Shown here: piece by piece, positions 47,611-58,036 of the stretch
Numbering within the stretch: the first letter of the stretch is position 1
Layout: the number at the start of each line of letters is the position of its first letter
Assembly (NCBI GenBank): GCA_964645545.1
Contig: CAZXZR010000001.1
Coordinates: 27,526 to 91,525, forward strand
Origin: an uncultured Gammaproteobacteria bacterium
Lineage (GTDB): Bacteria > Patescibacteriota > Patescibacteriia > Patescibacteriales > UBA12465
Direction of reading: 5' to 3'
Length of the DNA stretch: 64,000 nt
The notes under the pieces: model-generated
The model's input: the letters and a program-made list of their open reading frames with translations, nothing else
What the model was told of the DNA's origin: nothing
Databases searched by the model: none
Program-made: the position numbers and the translations under genes

Positions 47611-49608
47611 CTATTGCACGCGGCCGGAATTGCTCAAACCGGCAATATCATCGTCTTCCAATTTGCTTGTTTTCGCTCCGGTTTTCTGGGTAATGAGGGC
47701 TTTGGTTTCCGTGTCCATGGCCGTGATCGTTGAACCCGGCGACAAAACCAAAATTTTATCGCGGTCGTCTTCGCCGGGCGTCAAGCTGATGTTGAAGGCG
47801 GCCGTGGTCTCATAAACGGAAAGCGGCAAGCGACCGATGTTCCAAACCACTTGGCGGGCGCTTTCGTTATAGTTTAAAGTGCCAACTTGGGTTTCGGCGC
47901 TGTCATCCCAATTGACTTCGGCCGGCAAACTAAAGACTACTTGGGCATCAGAAAGCTCGTGCAAATCGTTTTTAACCGTCCAATAGACGCGGAAACTACT
48001 TTTTTGGCCAACGGCCGGGGGCAAAGGTCCGGAACCGACGGGAATATTATTCTCGTCAAAATAACGGATCTGTTCGTTCAAAAACAAGTCGCTGTTAATG
48101 TTATTGGCCACGGTATTACTTTTATTGCTGTCACCTTTTATATCCTGGCCGTTAACGCTGTATTGAGCGTAAGAAACCACGGCCGTGTTTTTACCTAAAT
48201 CAGTGGCGCTAAAGGATTTCAGTCTTAGAAAAAAATCTATTTCCCCTTCTTGACCCGGCTTAATTTCCGCCAAGGCCGGAATCTCCTCTTTGGTCCAAAT
48301 AATGGCGCCATTTTCCGTCACTCCGCCCGCGGCATCGCTTAAGGAATTCCAGTCCAAAAAGTCGCCAGTCAAAGAGGCTAAAATGGCCACATTGGCAAAA
48401 GTATTGTCGCCTTGGTTGCTATAGGAGAGTAGGTAGTTTAGGGTCTGGCCGAAATTGACCGCCTGGTCGTTCTGCGAGCCGTTGACGAATAAAGTCAGGT
48501 TCAGGCCGCTGGTTACCAAAGTCGGCGTAATCGCCTTTTCCCAAAAAACATCGGCCTGGCCGTTAGCCAATTTTTTCTCCAAACGCACGGTCACCGTGGA
48601 GGAAGCGCTCTTCTGGTTAATGATGAAGAAAAGGGGGATTTCCTGACGGCCTGACTCCGGCCCCAAACCGCTCACCTGCCAGCTGGAACCGCCGCTTTTA
48701 GTTATCGTCACCGGGCCGGAGGAAGTAGCCGTAGTGGTCGTCGTCGTCGTCACGGGCGGACTGGTCGTAGCCACGCCGGCGTTGGCCTCCGGCGGCAAAG
48801 CGAAGGTGATGTTAAAATCGCCCAAATAATTATTTTCTACTGCGGATAAAATTAAAGTCATGGCATTTTCCTGCTGCAAAAAAGCGGTCTGGTTATATTG
48901 CAAATCGGCCGTAAAACCCGGACCGGAAACTAGGGTGGAAACGGAGGCTTCTTTTTTAAATTGACTGGACAAGCCGTCGGGAGCGTAGCTTAAACGGGCG
49001 AAGGCGATATTGACCGAACCGGGTTGATTAATGAGTTGGCCGGTAATGGTTAAGCTAGCATTGGCGCCGCGGGCCATATCCTCTAAATCCCAGCCGTAAT
49101 CATCAGTCGTCGGCGGCAAAGAAGCGTTAAGGAAGACGAAATTATTCGGATACTGCATTTCCAAATGGACTTGCGTCAAGCTAAAGCGGGTGGCGTTATG
49201 GTAATTGATGGTATAGGAAAATTCCTGGCCGGCAATGACGTTTTCTGGCGCACTAAGTTTAAGTTCCACGGCGCTAAGGTCGTTATTGGCCCGAAAGAAA
49301 AAAATGTAAGCGCCGTAAAGCAGGGCGGCTAAAAGAACCAAACCCAATAAGCGGCCAAAAAAACGCCGCCAAACGTGGCGCTGCCTGACGTTCATTTTTC
49401 TCACGTTTATCAAGCGGCCGTTCTTATCGCGATAAATTTCCGACAAGTGGGAATCAATTTCCTGCTGGCGCGCCTCTTTTCTCACTACCCGTTCAAAGCT
49501 GGCCACTTCTTTAGGGCTCGGCATCGGCCGCTCCACGAAGGAAGACAGACCGCTCCGGCGCTGGCGTTCAATTTTAAACTTTTGCCTGGATTTTTTAAAA
49601 TCACTCAT
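47611..49608 (-). CDS. Membrane-anchored multi-Ig-like surface protein
   Basis: One TM helix, repeated beta-sandwich segments, Thr-rich linker, GSGPLPPAVG motif. Confidence 0.8.
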   Translation of the reverse strand: MSDFKKSRQKFKIERQRRSGLSSFVERPMPSPKEVASFERVVRKEARQQEIDSHLSEIYRDKNGRLINVRKMNVRQRHVWRRFFGRLLGLVLLAALLYGAYIFFFRANNDLSAVELKLSAPENVIAGQEFSYTINYHNATRFSLTQVHLEMQYPNNFVFLNASLPPTTDDYGWDLEDMARGANASLTITGQLINQPGSVNIAFARLSYAPDGLSSQFKKEASVSTLVSGPGFTADLQYNQTAFLQQENAMTLILSAVENNYLGDFNITFALPPEANAGVATTSPPVTTTTTTTATSSGPVTITKSGGSSWQVSGLGPESGRQEIPLFFIINQKSASSTVTVRLEKKLANGQADVFWEKAITPTLVTSGLNLTLFVNGSQNDQAVNFGQTLNYLLSYSNQGDNTFANVAILASLTGDFLDWNSLSDAAGGVTENGAIIWTKEEIPALAEIKPGQEGEIDFFLRLKSFSATDLGKNTAVVSYAQYSVNGQDIKGDSNKSNTVANNINSDLFLNEQIRYFDENNIPVGSGPLPPAVGQKSSFRVYWTVKNDLHELSDAQVVFSLPAEVNWDDSAETQVGTLNYNESARQVVWNIGRLPLSVYETTAAFNISLTPGEDDRDKILVLSPGSTITAMDTETKALITQKTGAKTSKLEDDDIAGLSNSGRVQ

Positions 49609-49625
49609 AAATATTTTAACTTATT

Positions 49626-52169
49626 TTATCGCTTAATTTGAGCTAAAATCGCCCAATACTGGTCGCTATCGAGAGGGACGGCCACCTGCCAACCCTTATC
49701 ATCCGCCGGGGTCTCTTTGGAGCGCCAGAAAACGTTTAGGTTGTCGGGCAAAATTAAGCGGCTGGAAAAATCGTCGGCCGAAACGCCCGGTTGTTTTTGA
49801 ACTAACAAGGAATAAGGGATAAGCTCGGCGCTGTTCGGATTCAACCAGTCATTTATTTTCTTCAGCCAACTCTCGTCCGGAGCGGCCGCCAAAAAATTAA
49901 AAGGCAGGCGGTAGGTCAAAGTAACGGTAGCGCTTTCGCCGGGATCAACCATTAACCAATTGGCGAAAACGGTTTTGCCGTTTTCCGCATAGATTTTCGT
50001 GCCCGTCTCCGGCTCAAGAGCGGCCGCGTTCTCGGCGGCTAAAAGCGGGTCTTGGAGCCAAGTCGGGTCGGGCCGCTCGGTTAAATATTTAGGATCAGGT
50101 TTAATCCAGCCGGAAGAGGCGATCAGTTCGCTGCCTAAAGGCACGTAAATACGCAGCCAATCAACGTTACGCGCGCCGGTCAAAGCTTCATTCTTTAAAC
50201 CGGTGTGGGTGCGAGTGATCTTGACCGTGTCAATAATGCCGCCGTCAGAAGCCACCCGGCTTTCCTGCTCGATTTCTTCTTTCATTTTTTGGTCTGATTT
50301 TTGGCCGGCGATATTAGTGTTAACGACTAATAAGTAGTCGGCGGGCGCGGCTTTGATTTCCCCGCCCCAATTACGGCTGGCGACTTCGGTTTCTAAATAG
50401 GAATCGTTAAAATAGAAAAGCAATTGCTTTTCCGCCAAGCTGTCGCTAAAAGCGCTGATTAGATTTACAAGGTTGTCTGGAGTTAATTTCTGCGGCAAAA
50501 TCTCCAATATCTTGGCGGTCAAATCGCCGATAATTTTTTTCGGTTTATTATCGCTATTATTGTCCAAATCTTGTTCTAGAGGCAAAGAGGAAACGACGGG
50601 CACGGTCGTGGCAGCAAAACCAGCTAAGACTTCCGGATTAGTTTTAGCCAAATTATTAGCCTCCACTATCGTTTCCACGCTCGGCCAGAAATTGTCGGCG
50701 TCAATCGTCAGGCCGTATTCGCGGCTTAAATCTATCGGCCCGGTAATTTTTAACAGGCGCTCCACCACCGTCGGCGTCAAACTAATGACTCCGTCCACGC
50801 TCGGCCCCCCGCTTTTACTATAAAACCACATCAAGTTTTTCGCCGTCGTCGGCCAGTCCGGCCACCAATTAGCGTCCCAAAAATGCCACAAAGGATTGAC
50901 CAGCCACAAGGGTTCGGGCGCCGCCACCAAGACTTTTAAACCGGCCTCGGTGTCGTAAGAACCGCCGCCCGGCACCTCTAAATTACTAATTTCTCCTTGG
51001 CTAACGTCCATTAAAGCGTAACTGCCCAAGAAACCGCCGGAGGCGCGCAGTTCGCTATTGTTTTGAAAAACCAAAAGGTAACGTTTATCGCGGCTTAGGC
51101 CTAAAACTTCTTGTAATTTGTCGACGCCAGCGATAAAATTAGCCAAGCCCGTGGCCAAAAGGCCGGCTTCTTGGTTTAAAGTCTTAAATTGCTCGCGGTA
51201 AGCCAAAGGTAAATTATCCAGATTGATTTTATCCAATTCCGTTTTTAAATCTTTGGCGTTAGCGGCGGCCAAATGCCCGGAAGCAAGAAAATTTTCCAGC
51301 TTAGCGGCCAACTTTTCCTGACTATCATTAAACAGGCTGTCGGTGGCCTTAACTAAATTACTGCCCAAAGAAGCGGCCAAAGCGCCGGCGGCCATAATCT
51401 TCTTGCTCTCGGCCGCCATTTTTATTTCCGGATCGCGCGCCAAGGAAGCGAAAGTGAAGAGGGCGCTATTGATGTCGTTTAAACTGCTTTGCGCCGCCAA
51501 AAAATTGGCCCCGGCCGCCTGGAATTCAGAGCCAGCCGCCTGCAAATCCAATCTCGTCGCCGAATCCGTGGCCGCCAAGAGATTATTCAGGGCCAAATGG
51601 GCATGGGATAAAATTCTTTCTTCCCAAGCCTTTAAATGGAAAATTTTGGCGCTAGATAATAATTTTAAAGGCAAAATGATGATTAATAAGACAATGACAA
51701 AAGACAATAAAGAGCGATACCAATAAACGCGTCTTTCCGAGCGCGCCAAACGTTTTTCCAAATCGCCGCACCGCGGGCGCCGCGCCTGCGGCCGGGCGCT
51801 GAAAATTTTCTTTTCGCGGGCGATAATTTTCTGCCAATAAGATTGGCGGCGAGACCGAGGTTTTAAACGGCTGAAAAAACGGCGAAGCGCGAGAAAAATT
51901 GCCGGCCGCCGGCTTTTTGTCCGCCAAAGACGCCCCGGCTTAGCGGCGAGATTGGGCTGAATTTTTTTAAACGCCGTTTCCAGTCCGCGCCAGCCGGCGT
52001 TGATTTTTTCACTCCAATTCTGACCGGTTTTTCCCCTTTTTCCCCAAGTCTCTTTGGCGGCGCGGCGGGCCTTAAGAGCTAGAGGACGTAGGTCCACGAC
52101 GAAATTGGAAAAGCGCTCGCGTTCATTAGCGCGCTCGCGGCCGTTTAAATTTTCCGGTTTCTCGCCCAT
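49626..52169 (-). CDS. DUF4012-like membrane-anchored protein
   Basis: YLLVFQNNSELRASGGFLGS, DANWWPDWP, NIAGQKSD, WLRIYVP. Confidence 0.8.
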   Translation of the reverse strand: MGEKPENLNGRERANERERFSNFVVDLRPLALKARRAAKETWGKRGKTGQNWSEKINAGWRGLETAFKKIQPNLAAKPGRLWRTKSRRPAIFLALRRFFSRLKPRSRRQSYWQKIIAREKKIFSARPQARRPRCGDLEKRLARSERRVYWYRSLLSFVIVLLIIILPLKLLSSAKIFHLKAWEERILSHAHLALNNLLAATDSATRLDLQAAGSEFQAAGANFLAAQSSLNDINSALFTFASLARDPEIKMAAESKKIMAAGALAASLGSNLVKATDSLFNDSQEKLAAKLENFLASGHLAAANAKDLKTELDKINLDNLPLAYREQFKTLNQEAGLLATGLANFIAGVDKLQEVLGLSRDKRYLLVFQNNSELRASGGFLGSYALMDVSQGEISNLEVPGGGSYDTEAGLKVLVAAPEPLWLVNPLWHFWDANWWPDWPTTAKNLMWFYSKSGGPSVDGVISLTPTVVERLLKITGPIDLSREYGLTIDADNFWPSVETIVEANNLAKTNPEVLAGFAATTVPVVSSLPLEQDLDNNSDNKPKKIIGDLTAKILEILPQKLTPDNLVNLISAFSDSLAEKQLLFYFNDSYLETEVASRNWGGEIKAAPADYLLVVNTNIAGQKSDQKMKEEIEQESRVASDGGIIDTVKITRTHTGLKNEALTGARNVDWLRIYVPLGSELIASSGWIKPDPKYLTERPDPTWLQDPLLAAENAAALEPETGTKIYAENGKTVFANWLMVDPGESATVTLTYRLPFNFLAAAPDESWLKKINDWLNPNSAELIPYSLLVQKQPGVSADDFSSRLILPDNLNVFWRSKETPADDKGWQVAVPLDSDQYWAILAQIKR

Positions 52170-52231
52170 AATTATTTTCCGGCTTCCCGCCCCAATTAAA
52201 ATATTAAATCTTAAAAATCTAATTTAAGGCT

Positions 52232-53446
52232 TTAGCGGGCCGACAGCGGCCTTGGCGGCGCCAGAATTTGCCGGTAAATTTCTTCGGTCTGGCGCGCGCA
52301 TTCCCACCAATTATATTTTTTCGCCTGCCTATAACCCCGCCCTATAAGCTCACGGCGCAAATTTTCGTTGGCCAAAACCGAGTTAATCTTATTAAACATA
52401 TCCTCTTCATCAACGGGATTAAAGTATAAAGCGGCGTCGCCCAAGACTTCCGGCAGACTGGAACTGGCGGCACAAACGACCGGACAGCCTTGAACCATGG
52501 CTTCCAAGGGCGGCAAGCCGAAACCCTCATAAAGCGAAGGAAAAACATAGACCCGGGCCGATTGATAAAGGATTTCTAATTCGGCGTCGGGCACGTAATC
52601 AGGAAAGACGACCGGGCTGTTAATGTTTCCCGGCTGGAAGAGATTGAGACGGCGAGCCTCCGCCTCAAGCCCTTTGTAAAAATAGTCGCTTTTACCCACC
52701 AAGACCAAGCGCAGGTTCGGCCACAAAGCGCGCAAACGGACGAAAACTTGCAAAAGCCTTTCCAAATTCTTATGGGGATAAGCGTTGCCGACGTAAAGGA
52801 GAAAATTTTGGCCGCTATGACAATTAGCCAAGGTTTCCTCGCTGTCCAATTTGGCGACAAAAAGCGAGTCGCGACCCTTGGCTAAATTGGCCACGCCTTC
52901 GTAAGTAACAAGGATTTTCCCCGGAGGCAACTTAAATTTCTTGAGTAAATCGTTTTTAGTGAACTGGGAGACGGCGATAATGCGCCGGGCGCGGCTGACG
53001 GCCGCGAAAATGACTAAGCGGTAAGCCAAATTTTTCAGGCGGTAAAGCCAGGGGCTTAGGGTGGTCGCTCTTAGGGTCGGGAAATGGGTCAAGATAAGGT
53101 CGTGAATGGTAACAACGAATTTAGTCGGCGTCAAAATGGGCACGTTAAAATGGGGAAAATGCATCAAATTTACTTTTGCCCGCCAAATGTAAAAGGGGAA
53201 AAGCCATTGCTCCTTAAAGCTGTACCAAGGGATGTTAAGCCGCACTTTCCTGACCTTAGGGCCAGTGGCCGTGAATTCGTCGTAATTTTCCGGGCTTAAA
53301 AAAATTACGTAATTAAAACCGGTGCCGTCGCCGGTCGACGAATCGGCGCTAGTCAGCCTAATCAGGTTGTCCACCACTTCTTGCGTGTAACGGCCCAGGC
53401 CTTTGCCTACGGGTCCGTAGAAGCGGGCGTCAATACCGATAGTCAT
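52232..53446 (-). CDS. Glycosyltransferase family 4
   Basis: TIHDL, PHKNL, FPSLYEGFGLPPLEAM. Confidence 0.93.
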   Translation of the reverse strand: MTIGIDARFYGPVGKGLGRYTQEVVDNLIRLTSADSSTGDGTGFNYVIFLSPENYDEFTATGPKVRKVRLNIPWYSFKEQWLFPFYIWRAKVNLMHFPHFNVPILTPTKFVVTIHDLILTHFPTLRATTLSPWLYRLKNLAYRLVIFAAVSRARRIIAVSQFTKNDLLKKFKLPPGKILVTYEGVANLAKGRDSLFVAKLDSEETLANCHSGQNFLLYVGNAYPHKNLERLLQVFVRLRALWPNLRLVLVGKSDYFYKGLEAEARRLNLFQPGNINSPVVFPDYVPDAELEILYQSARVYVFPSLYEGFGLPPLEAMVQGCPVVCAASSSLPEVLGDAALYFNPVDEEDMFNKINSVLANENLRRELIGRGYRQAKKYNWWECARQTEEIYRQILAPPRPLSAR

Positions 53447-53507
53447 GAAGGTAGTCAACCGGCCGCCGTCTTTTTTTACTTGGACTTAATATTCGGCCGG
53501 TAATAAT

Positions 53508-54980
53508 TTAGGTCGGCAAATTGGACGGCGGGGCCGCCTCTTTATGGCCTAAATCCGCTTCCGCTTGGAAAAGATCGGGCGGGTTGGCCGTGGCCGGCGT
53601 TTCTTCGGGAAGGGACGGCGGGACGGGGCGATTGTTAGTTTTAAAAATATCGGGCAGTTCTTGCGTTTTTTCTTCAGCTGCCAAAGGCAAGGAATAGGGA
53701 GCGTCGGCCTTTTTACCCGGCGCCCTTTGAATGAGCGGCGATTTTACGTTCGCTTCCACGGGAAAATGCCAAAGCGTGGCTAATTCTTCAATGTTCATCA
53801 GACCAGCCTGGCGGCCGCCGGTATTGGAGCGCTTCACGTAATTACGGAAAATCCGACGCTTTTTTTCCAACAAACGCATTTCTTTAAAAAAATAAGCGGT
53901 GCGGGTGGCTGTTTTATCCAAATCCGGCTTCAAAGCGTTTAAATCCATGGCCGTAAACTGTTTGATATAACCAATAAAGCCATTGACGACTTTCTTGACG
54001 TTCATAACTTCTTTTTTAGCCACGTAAACCATGCGCGTTTTAATGTCAAAACCCAATTTGGAAGCTTTGAACTGCAAGCCTTCCAACTGCCGTTTTTCTT
54101 TGGGGGAAAGTTCCATCATTGATTTCGGTTTCTCTTCTTTTTTAGGCGAACGATCAACGTCCTGCCAAATCGGATAAACGACTTCGCTTAATTCGCCTAA
54201 AGCCTCTAAGCCGACGCCGAATAAATCCCGGCGCGGTTTCTTGCGCCGCTCTAAAATTTTATCGGCCAGCCTATCCGCCTCTTTTATCCAGTCAAAACCG
54301 ATGGGGGTAATAATCATCTGCATCCATAGTTGCTCGCCTTGGCGCAAAGAACCGCAAAGATCCATTAAGGAAGCCATGGGATCCTTAAATTGCAGCTCGC
54401 TCGGACCGATGGGGTGTTCAAATTCCAAATAAGATTTAATCGGGTAATATTTGCTGGCGCTCTGTATGAATTCGCAACCCCAGAGGTCGTACTCTTCATT
54501 CGGCCAATGTTGCGGCATGGTCTGCGTGTAGTCGTCTACTTCCGTGATTTCCGCGTCCGGATACTGCGAGTAGACAGAGGATTCTATCAGGTTTCTGAAC
54601 TCCACCGGCGTCCAAATCAAAAACTGCGTGTAGCCCTCCTGGCTCACGATTTCATAGCTAAAAGATTTCTGAAATTCGCCGATAAACCACTTCTCAAAGA
54701 AATTTTGGGTGGCGTGCGCCCCGCCCAAATAGGTGAACATATTCTCCACCGCTTTAGGCGTCTGCTCATTGCCTTTGGGAATGTCAATGGCCAAAAGCAA
54801 ATGTTGATGGCTTTTCTTCCAATGCAACTGGCGCCAAAAAAGATAGACGCGGCGCATGCCGATAAGGAAGGTGATGGCGATCATCAGCCAGCCCAAATTA
54901 GCCATAAAAACCCAAAACATCCGTTCGGACGGCAAATTGAAAAACTGATTAATACCGGCGGTATTAATAACAAGGTCCAT
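53508..54980 (-). CDS. Membrane protein resembling the N-terminal half of the ATPase at 10.5-13 kb
   Basis: FSYEIVS, YPDAEITEVDDY, YPIKSY, DPMASL, EELATLWHFP. Confidence 0.8.
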   Translation of the reverse strand: MDLVINTAGINQFFNLPSERMFWVFMANLGWLMIAITFLIGMRRVYLFWRQLHWKKSHQHLLLAIDIPKGNEQTPKAVENMFTYLGGAHATQNFFEKWFIGEFQKSFSYEIVSQEGYTQFLIWTPVEFRNLIESSVYSQYPDAEITEVDDYTQTMPQHWPNEEYDLWGCEFIQSASKYYPIKSYLEFEHPIGPSELQFKDPMASLMDLCGSLRQGEQLWMQMIITPIGFDWIKEADRLADKILERRKKPRRDLFGVGLEALGELSEVVYPIWQDVDRSPKKEEKPKSMMELSPKEKRQLEGLQFKASKLGFDIKTRMVYVAKKEVMNVKKVVNGFIGYIKQFTAMDLNALKPDLDKTATRTAYFFKEMRLLEKKRRIFRNYVKRSNTGGRQAGLMNIEELATLWHFPVEANVKSPLIQRAPGKKADAPYSLPLAAEEKTQELPDIFKTNNRPVPPSLPEETPATANPPDLFQAEADLGHKEAAPPSNLPT

Positions 54981-55140
54981 AATCTTAATTTACTTATATT
55001 TTAGCATATTGACGACAGGGGAACAAATACCCCCTCCGAAAAGAAGGCAAACAAAAACCCGGCCTTAAGGGCTGGATTTTTTATGAATTTAAGAAAAATT
55101 TAATTTTATACCTTATTTCTCGCTTACTTTATTGCTGCCA

Positions 55141-56181
55141 TTATTTCTGCCATTCCTTCAAGCCATAGGTGCCGCGGCTGGTCAGGACGTAGCGGTTGTC
55201 CAGAATAAGTTCGTTATGGACGGTGGCGGCGTTGGCCGTTTTCTTGTCAAATCTCATCTCATTTATTTTTTTGGTGATTTCCGTGAAATGCAGGGGAGCG
55301 CCCTCGTGCTTCAAAATCAGATAGATCTTGTCGTTGACCGTCTTCGGCTTGATTTCCTCCCAGTCGGCGAGGCCCCATTCCCCGTACTTATTCTGCTCTA
55401 AATTTTTAATGGCCTGCACCAAGGAATAGAGAATCTTGTTGTTGTTGATGATTTCCCCTTTGTCCGGGAAAAGCTGGCTTTTAAACACTTTCGTGATGTC
55501 GGCCGAATTCTCGTGCTGCAATTTTTCCTGATTTTTGTTATAGGCATCGAGTTTCTTCAAGAGATCTAAAAGTTCTTCGGTCGTGAAAGTCTTTTTCAGG
55601 GTTTCCACTTTCTTTAATAAGTCGCTGGCCAATTCTTCCAAATGCGTCACCGGCTCGTTTCTAAGTTTGAAGGAGGGATTGAAATAATCTTCGTCCTGGA
55701 CCAACTCCAAATCCTCGTTCAGCAGCCGTGAAATCAGGAAATTGAAATGATTGCGGTAAATCTGGCGGTTTTTTTCATAATCTGGATCATTGATATTGGC
55801 TTCATTATTAATTTCCAAAGTCATGACCGTCAAAATGTCCAAAAGATAATCGCGCCGTATCAGGCCGCCGTGTTCAAGCAAAAGATTTTGCACCGTTTCT
55901 TTTAAGGTGGCGATATAGCTTTGCAAATTTTCCAGCTTCTTGATTTTCTTGATGCTGGCCGCTTCAATTTGACGCACGCGTTCACGCGTCAACTTATGCA
56001 GGCTGCCTATTTTTTCCAAAGTTTCGCCTTTTTCGCCTTTCAAGCCGAAACGCCGCGACAAGATGTCTTTTTCGCGGTCCAAAAGTTCGGAAAACAAATT
56101 ATTGACGATTTTAATGGCATCCAGACGCGCCAGTTCTTCGGACTTTTCGTCGCGAATCATTTTTTCTAATAAATTTTCCAT
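55141..56181 (-). CDS. Sigma70 region-4 HTH plus C-terminal winged-helix (HARE-HTH-like) protein
   Basis: RRFGL..ETLEKIG...LTRERVRQIE; PLHFTEI...TVHNELI...YGLKEW. Confidence 0.8.
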   Translation of the reverse strand: MENLLEKMIRDEKSEELARLDAIKIVNNLFSELLDREKDILSRRFGLKGEKGETLEKIGSLHKLTRERVRQIEAASIKKIKKLENLQSYIATLKETVQNLLLEHGGLIRRDYLLDILTVMTLEINNEANINDPDYEKNRQIYRNHFNFLISRLLNEDLELVQDEDYFNPSFKLRNEPVTHLEELASDLLKKVETLKKTFTTEELLDLLKKLDAYNKNQEKLQHENSADITKVFKSQLFPDKGEIINNNKILYSLVQAIKNLEQNKYGEWGLADWEEIKPKTVNDKIYLILKHEGAPLHFTEITKKINEMRFDKKTANAATVHNELILDNRYVLTSRGTYGLKEWQK

Positions 56182-56242
56182 ATAAAAAATAAGCTATTAA
56201 CTATTCAAGTCTTCCTTACTTTATCACATTATTTTACATTAG

Positions 56243-57232
56243 TCAATACTCTTTAGAGAACAAAATATAACGATACTCTTTTAGAAGAAATTGTGCTAAT
56301 ATGAGAGAAAAAATAAAGAAGAAAAAAAAACGAAAAGCAATGATTATTTTATTGACAAAATTTTGCTTTTGCCAATGTTTGACAAAAAGAAAATTTTGAT
56401 TACGGAAAGACCAGGCGCGTATTTGTCGATTTTTTTGGCGCCAATCTTTCAGGCGGCGTAAAAAACCGGCGCCGGAACTAGCGGCAGTACGATCATGATA
56501 AATAACTGCCGCGGGGACCAGACGGCATTTATAGCCGGCCGAATAAAGACGATAGGCTAAATCACAATCTTCTTTATACATAAAAAAGCGTTCGTCAAAA
56601 TATTGGTTTCGGTTTTCGCCAAGGACACGCTTCTCCTTTATTTTCTCCAAAATGCTTAAACGGAAGAGACCGGCAGCGCCAGAGGGGCCGATAATCGGCT
56701 GCCGATCAAATTGACCACGGTCCTCTTCACCCTGGCCCAAATCAAGAAAACGCAAACCCGGTTTTAAAATCAAACCGCAAGAATCAATCAAGCTTGTCCT
56801 TTCTCGTTTGCTGAAATCCCAACGCCGAAGTTTCGGACTGACAGCAACCAAGTCCTCTTCGCTGTCCAAGGCGGCCACGAGATAACGCAAAGAATCGGGT
56901 TCCAAAAGGGTATCGGGATTAATGATCAAAAAATATTCGGCCTCGGCCTCCCAAGCTTTTTGCAGAAGGAAATTATAGGCCCGGGCAAAACCTAAATTAA
57001 AACCGCGGCTAAAATAAGTCACGGTTTTTATTCCCTGTCGACTGCTTTCACGGTTAAAAAATTCCAAAGCCAGACGATTGGCGTTATCGTCAGCCTCGCT
57101 GTTGTCAAAAGCGTAAATCTGAAATTGCCTCGCCGGCAAAAATTTCAGGGCGGCGTAAAGACTGGGTAAAAACTCGGCCAAATACTTGGCGCTGCTTTGC
57201 TCGTAAGTAAGAAAGCCAACAGCTAATTTCAT
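56243..57232 (-). CDS. Glycosyltransferase family 2
   Basis: NLGFARAYN, INPD, FDERFFMYKEDCDL. Confidence 0.9.
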   Translation of the reverse strand: MKLAVGFLTYEQSSAKYLAEFLPSLYAALKFLPARQFQIYAFDNSEADDNANRLALEFFNRESSRQGIKTVTYFSRGFNLGFARAYNFLLQKAWEAEAEYFLIINPDTLLEPDSLRYLVAALDSEEDLVAVSPKLRRWDFSKRERTSLIDSCGLILKPGLRFLDLGQGEEDRGQFDRQPIIGPSGAAGLFRLSILEKIKEKRVLGENRNQYFDERFFMYKEDCDLAYRLYSAGYKCRLVPAAVIYHDRTAASSGAGFLRRLKDWRQKNRQIRAWSFRNQNFLFVKHWQKQNFVNKIIIAFRFFFFFIFSLILAQFLLKEYRYILFSKEY

Positions 57233-57253
57233 AAACGGTTATATAGGCAGCTC

Positions 57254-57979
57254 TTAAATCGTCAGCTTATCGGCCAATTTTTCCTTAACGAAATTCTGGG
57301 CCTTTAAGAGGCTGTCAAAAGTGCCGGCGTCCAGCCATTCGCCCTTGACGAGGGAGACTTCTAGTTCGCCGCGCTGTAAATACCAGTTATTGATGTCCAC
57401 GATTTCCAGTTCCCCGCGCTCGCTGGCTTTAATGGTTTTGGCGATATCCACCACCCGCTGGTCGTAAACGTAGAGACCGGTAACGGCGTAATCGCTTAAA
57501 TATTTCTTGGGCTTTTCCTCGATCTTTTCTGCCTTGTTCTCGGCATTGAATTTGACCACCCCGAACCTTTCTGGATCCGGCACTTTTTTGGCGAAAATCT
57601 TGGCCCCGCTTTGGAAAGCCTTGATTTCGGAGGCGAAATCGTCTTCAAAGATGTTATCGCCCAAAATCATAGTCACGTTTTCCTGATCAATAAAATTCTC
57701 GCCAATAATGAAGGCCTGGGCCAAACCCTCGGGCTTATCCTGAATTTCATAGGTAAATTTGACGCCAAACTGCTTGCCTGAACCGAGAAGATTAAGGTAA
57801 TCACCGGCTCTATCCGGCGCGACGATGATTAAAATTTCCTTAATGCCGGCTTTGATAAGGGTGTTTAAAGGGTAATAAATCATCGGCCGGTTATAGACCG
57901 GCAATAATTGCTTGGACGTGATTTTGGTCAGCGGCCGGAGCCTGGTGCCCGAACCGCCGGAAAGAATTATGCCGCGCAT
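57254..57979 (-). CDS. rfbA: Glucose-1-phosphate thymidylyltransferase (short form)
   Basis: GGSGTRLRPLT..SKQLLP, LGDN, RGELEI, WLDAGT. Confidence 0.93.
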   Translation of the reverse strand: MRGIILSGGSGTRLRPLTKITSKQLLPVYNRPMIYYPLNTLIKAGIKEILIIVAPDRAGDYLNLLGSGKQFGVKFTYEIQDKPEGLAQAFIIGENFIDQENVTMILGDNIFEDDFASEIKAFQSGAKIFAKKVPDPERFGVVKFNAENKAEKIEEKPKKYLSDYAVTGLYVYDQRVVDIAKTIKASERGELEIVDINNWYLQRGELEVSLVKGEWLDAGTFDSLLKAQNFVKEKLADKLTI

Positions 57980-58036
57980 AGAAAGTAAATTTTAAAATAG
58001 AAATTAGCTTTATGAAATTAATTTTTAAGAATTAAA

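Noticed and set aside
48721-48775. GTC/GTA triplet repeat
   Set aside because: Encodes a Thr-rich linker in a surface protein.
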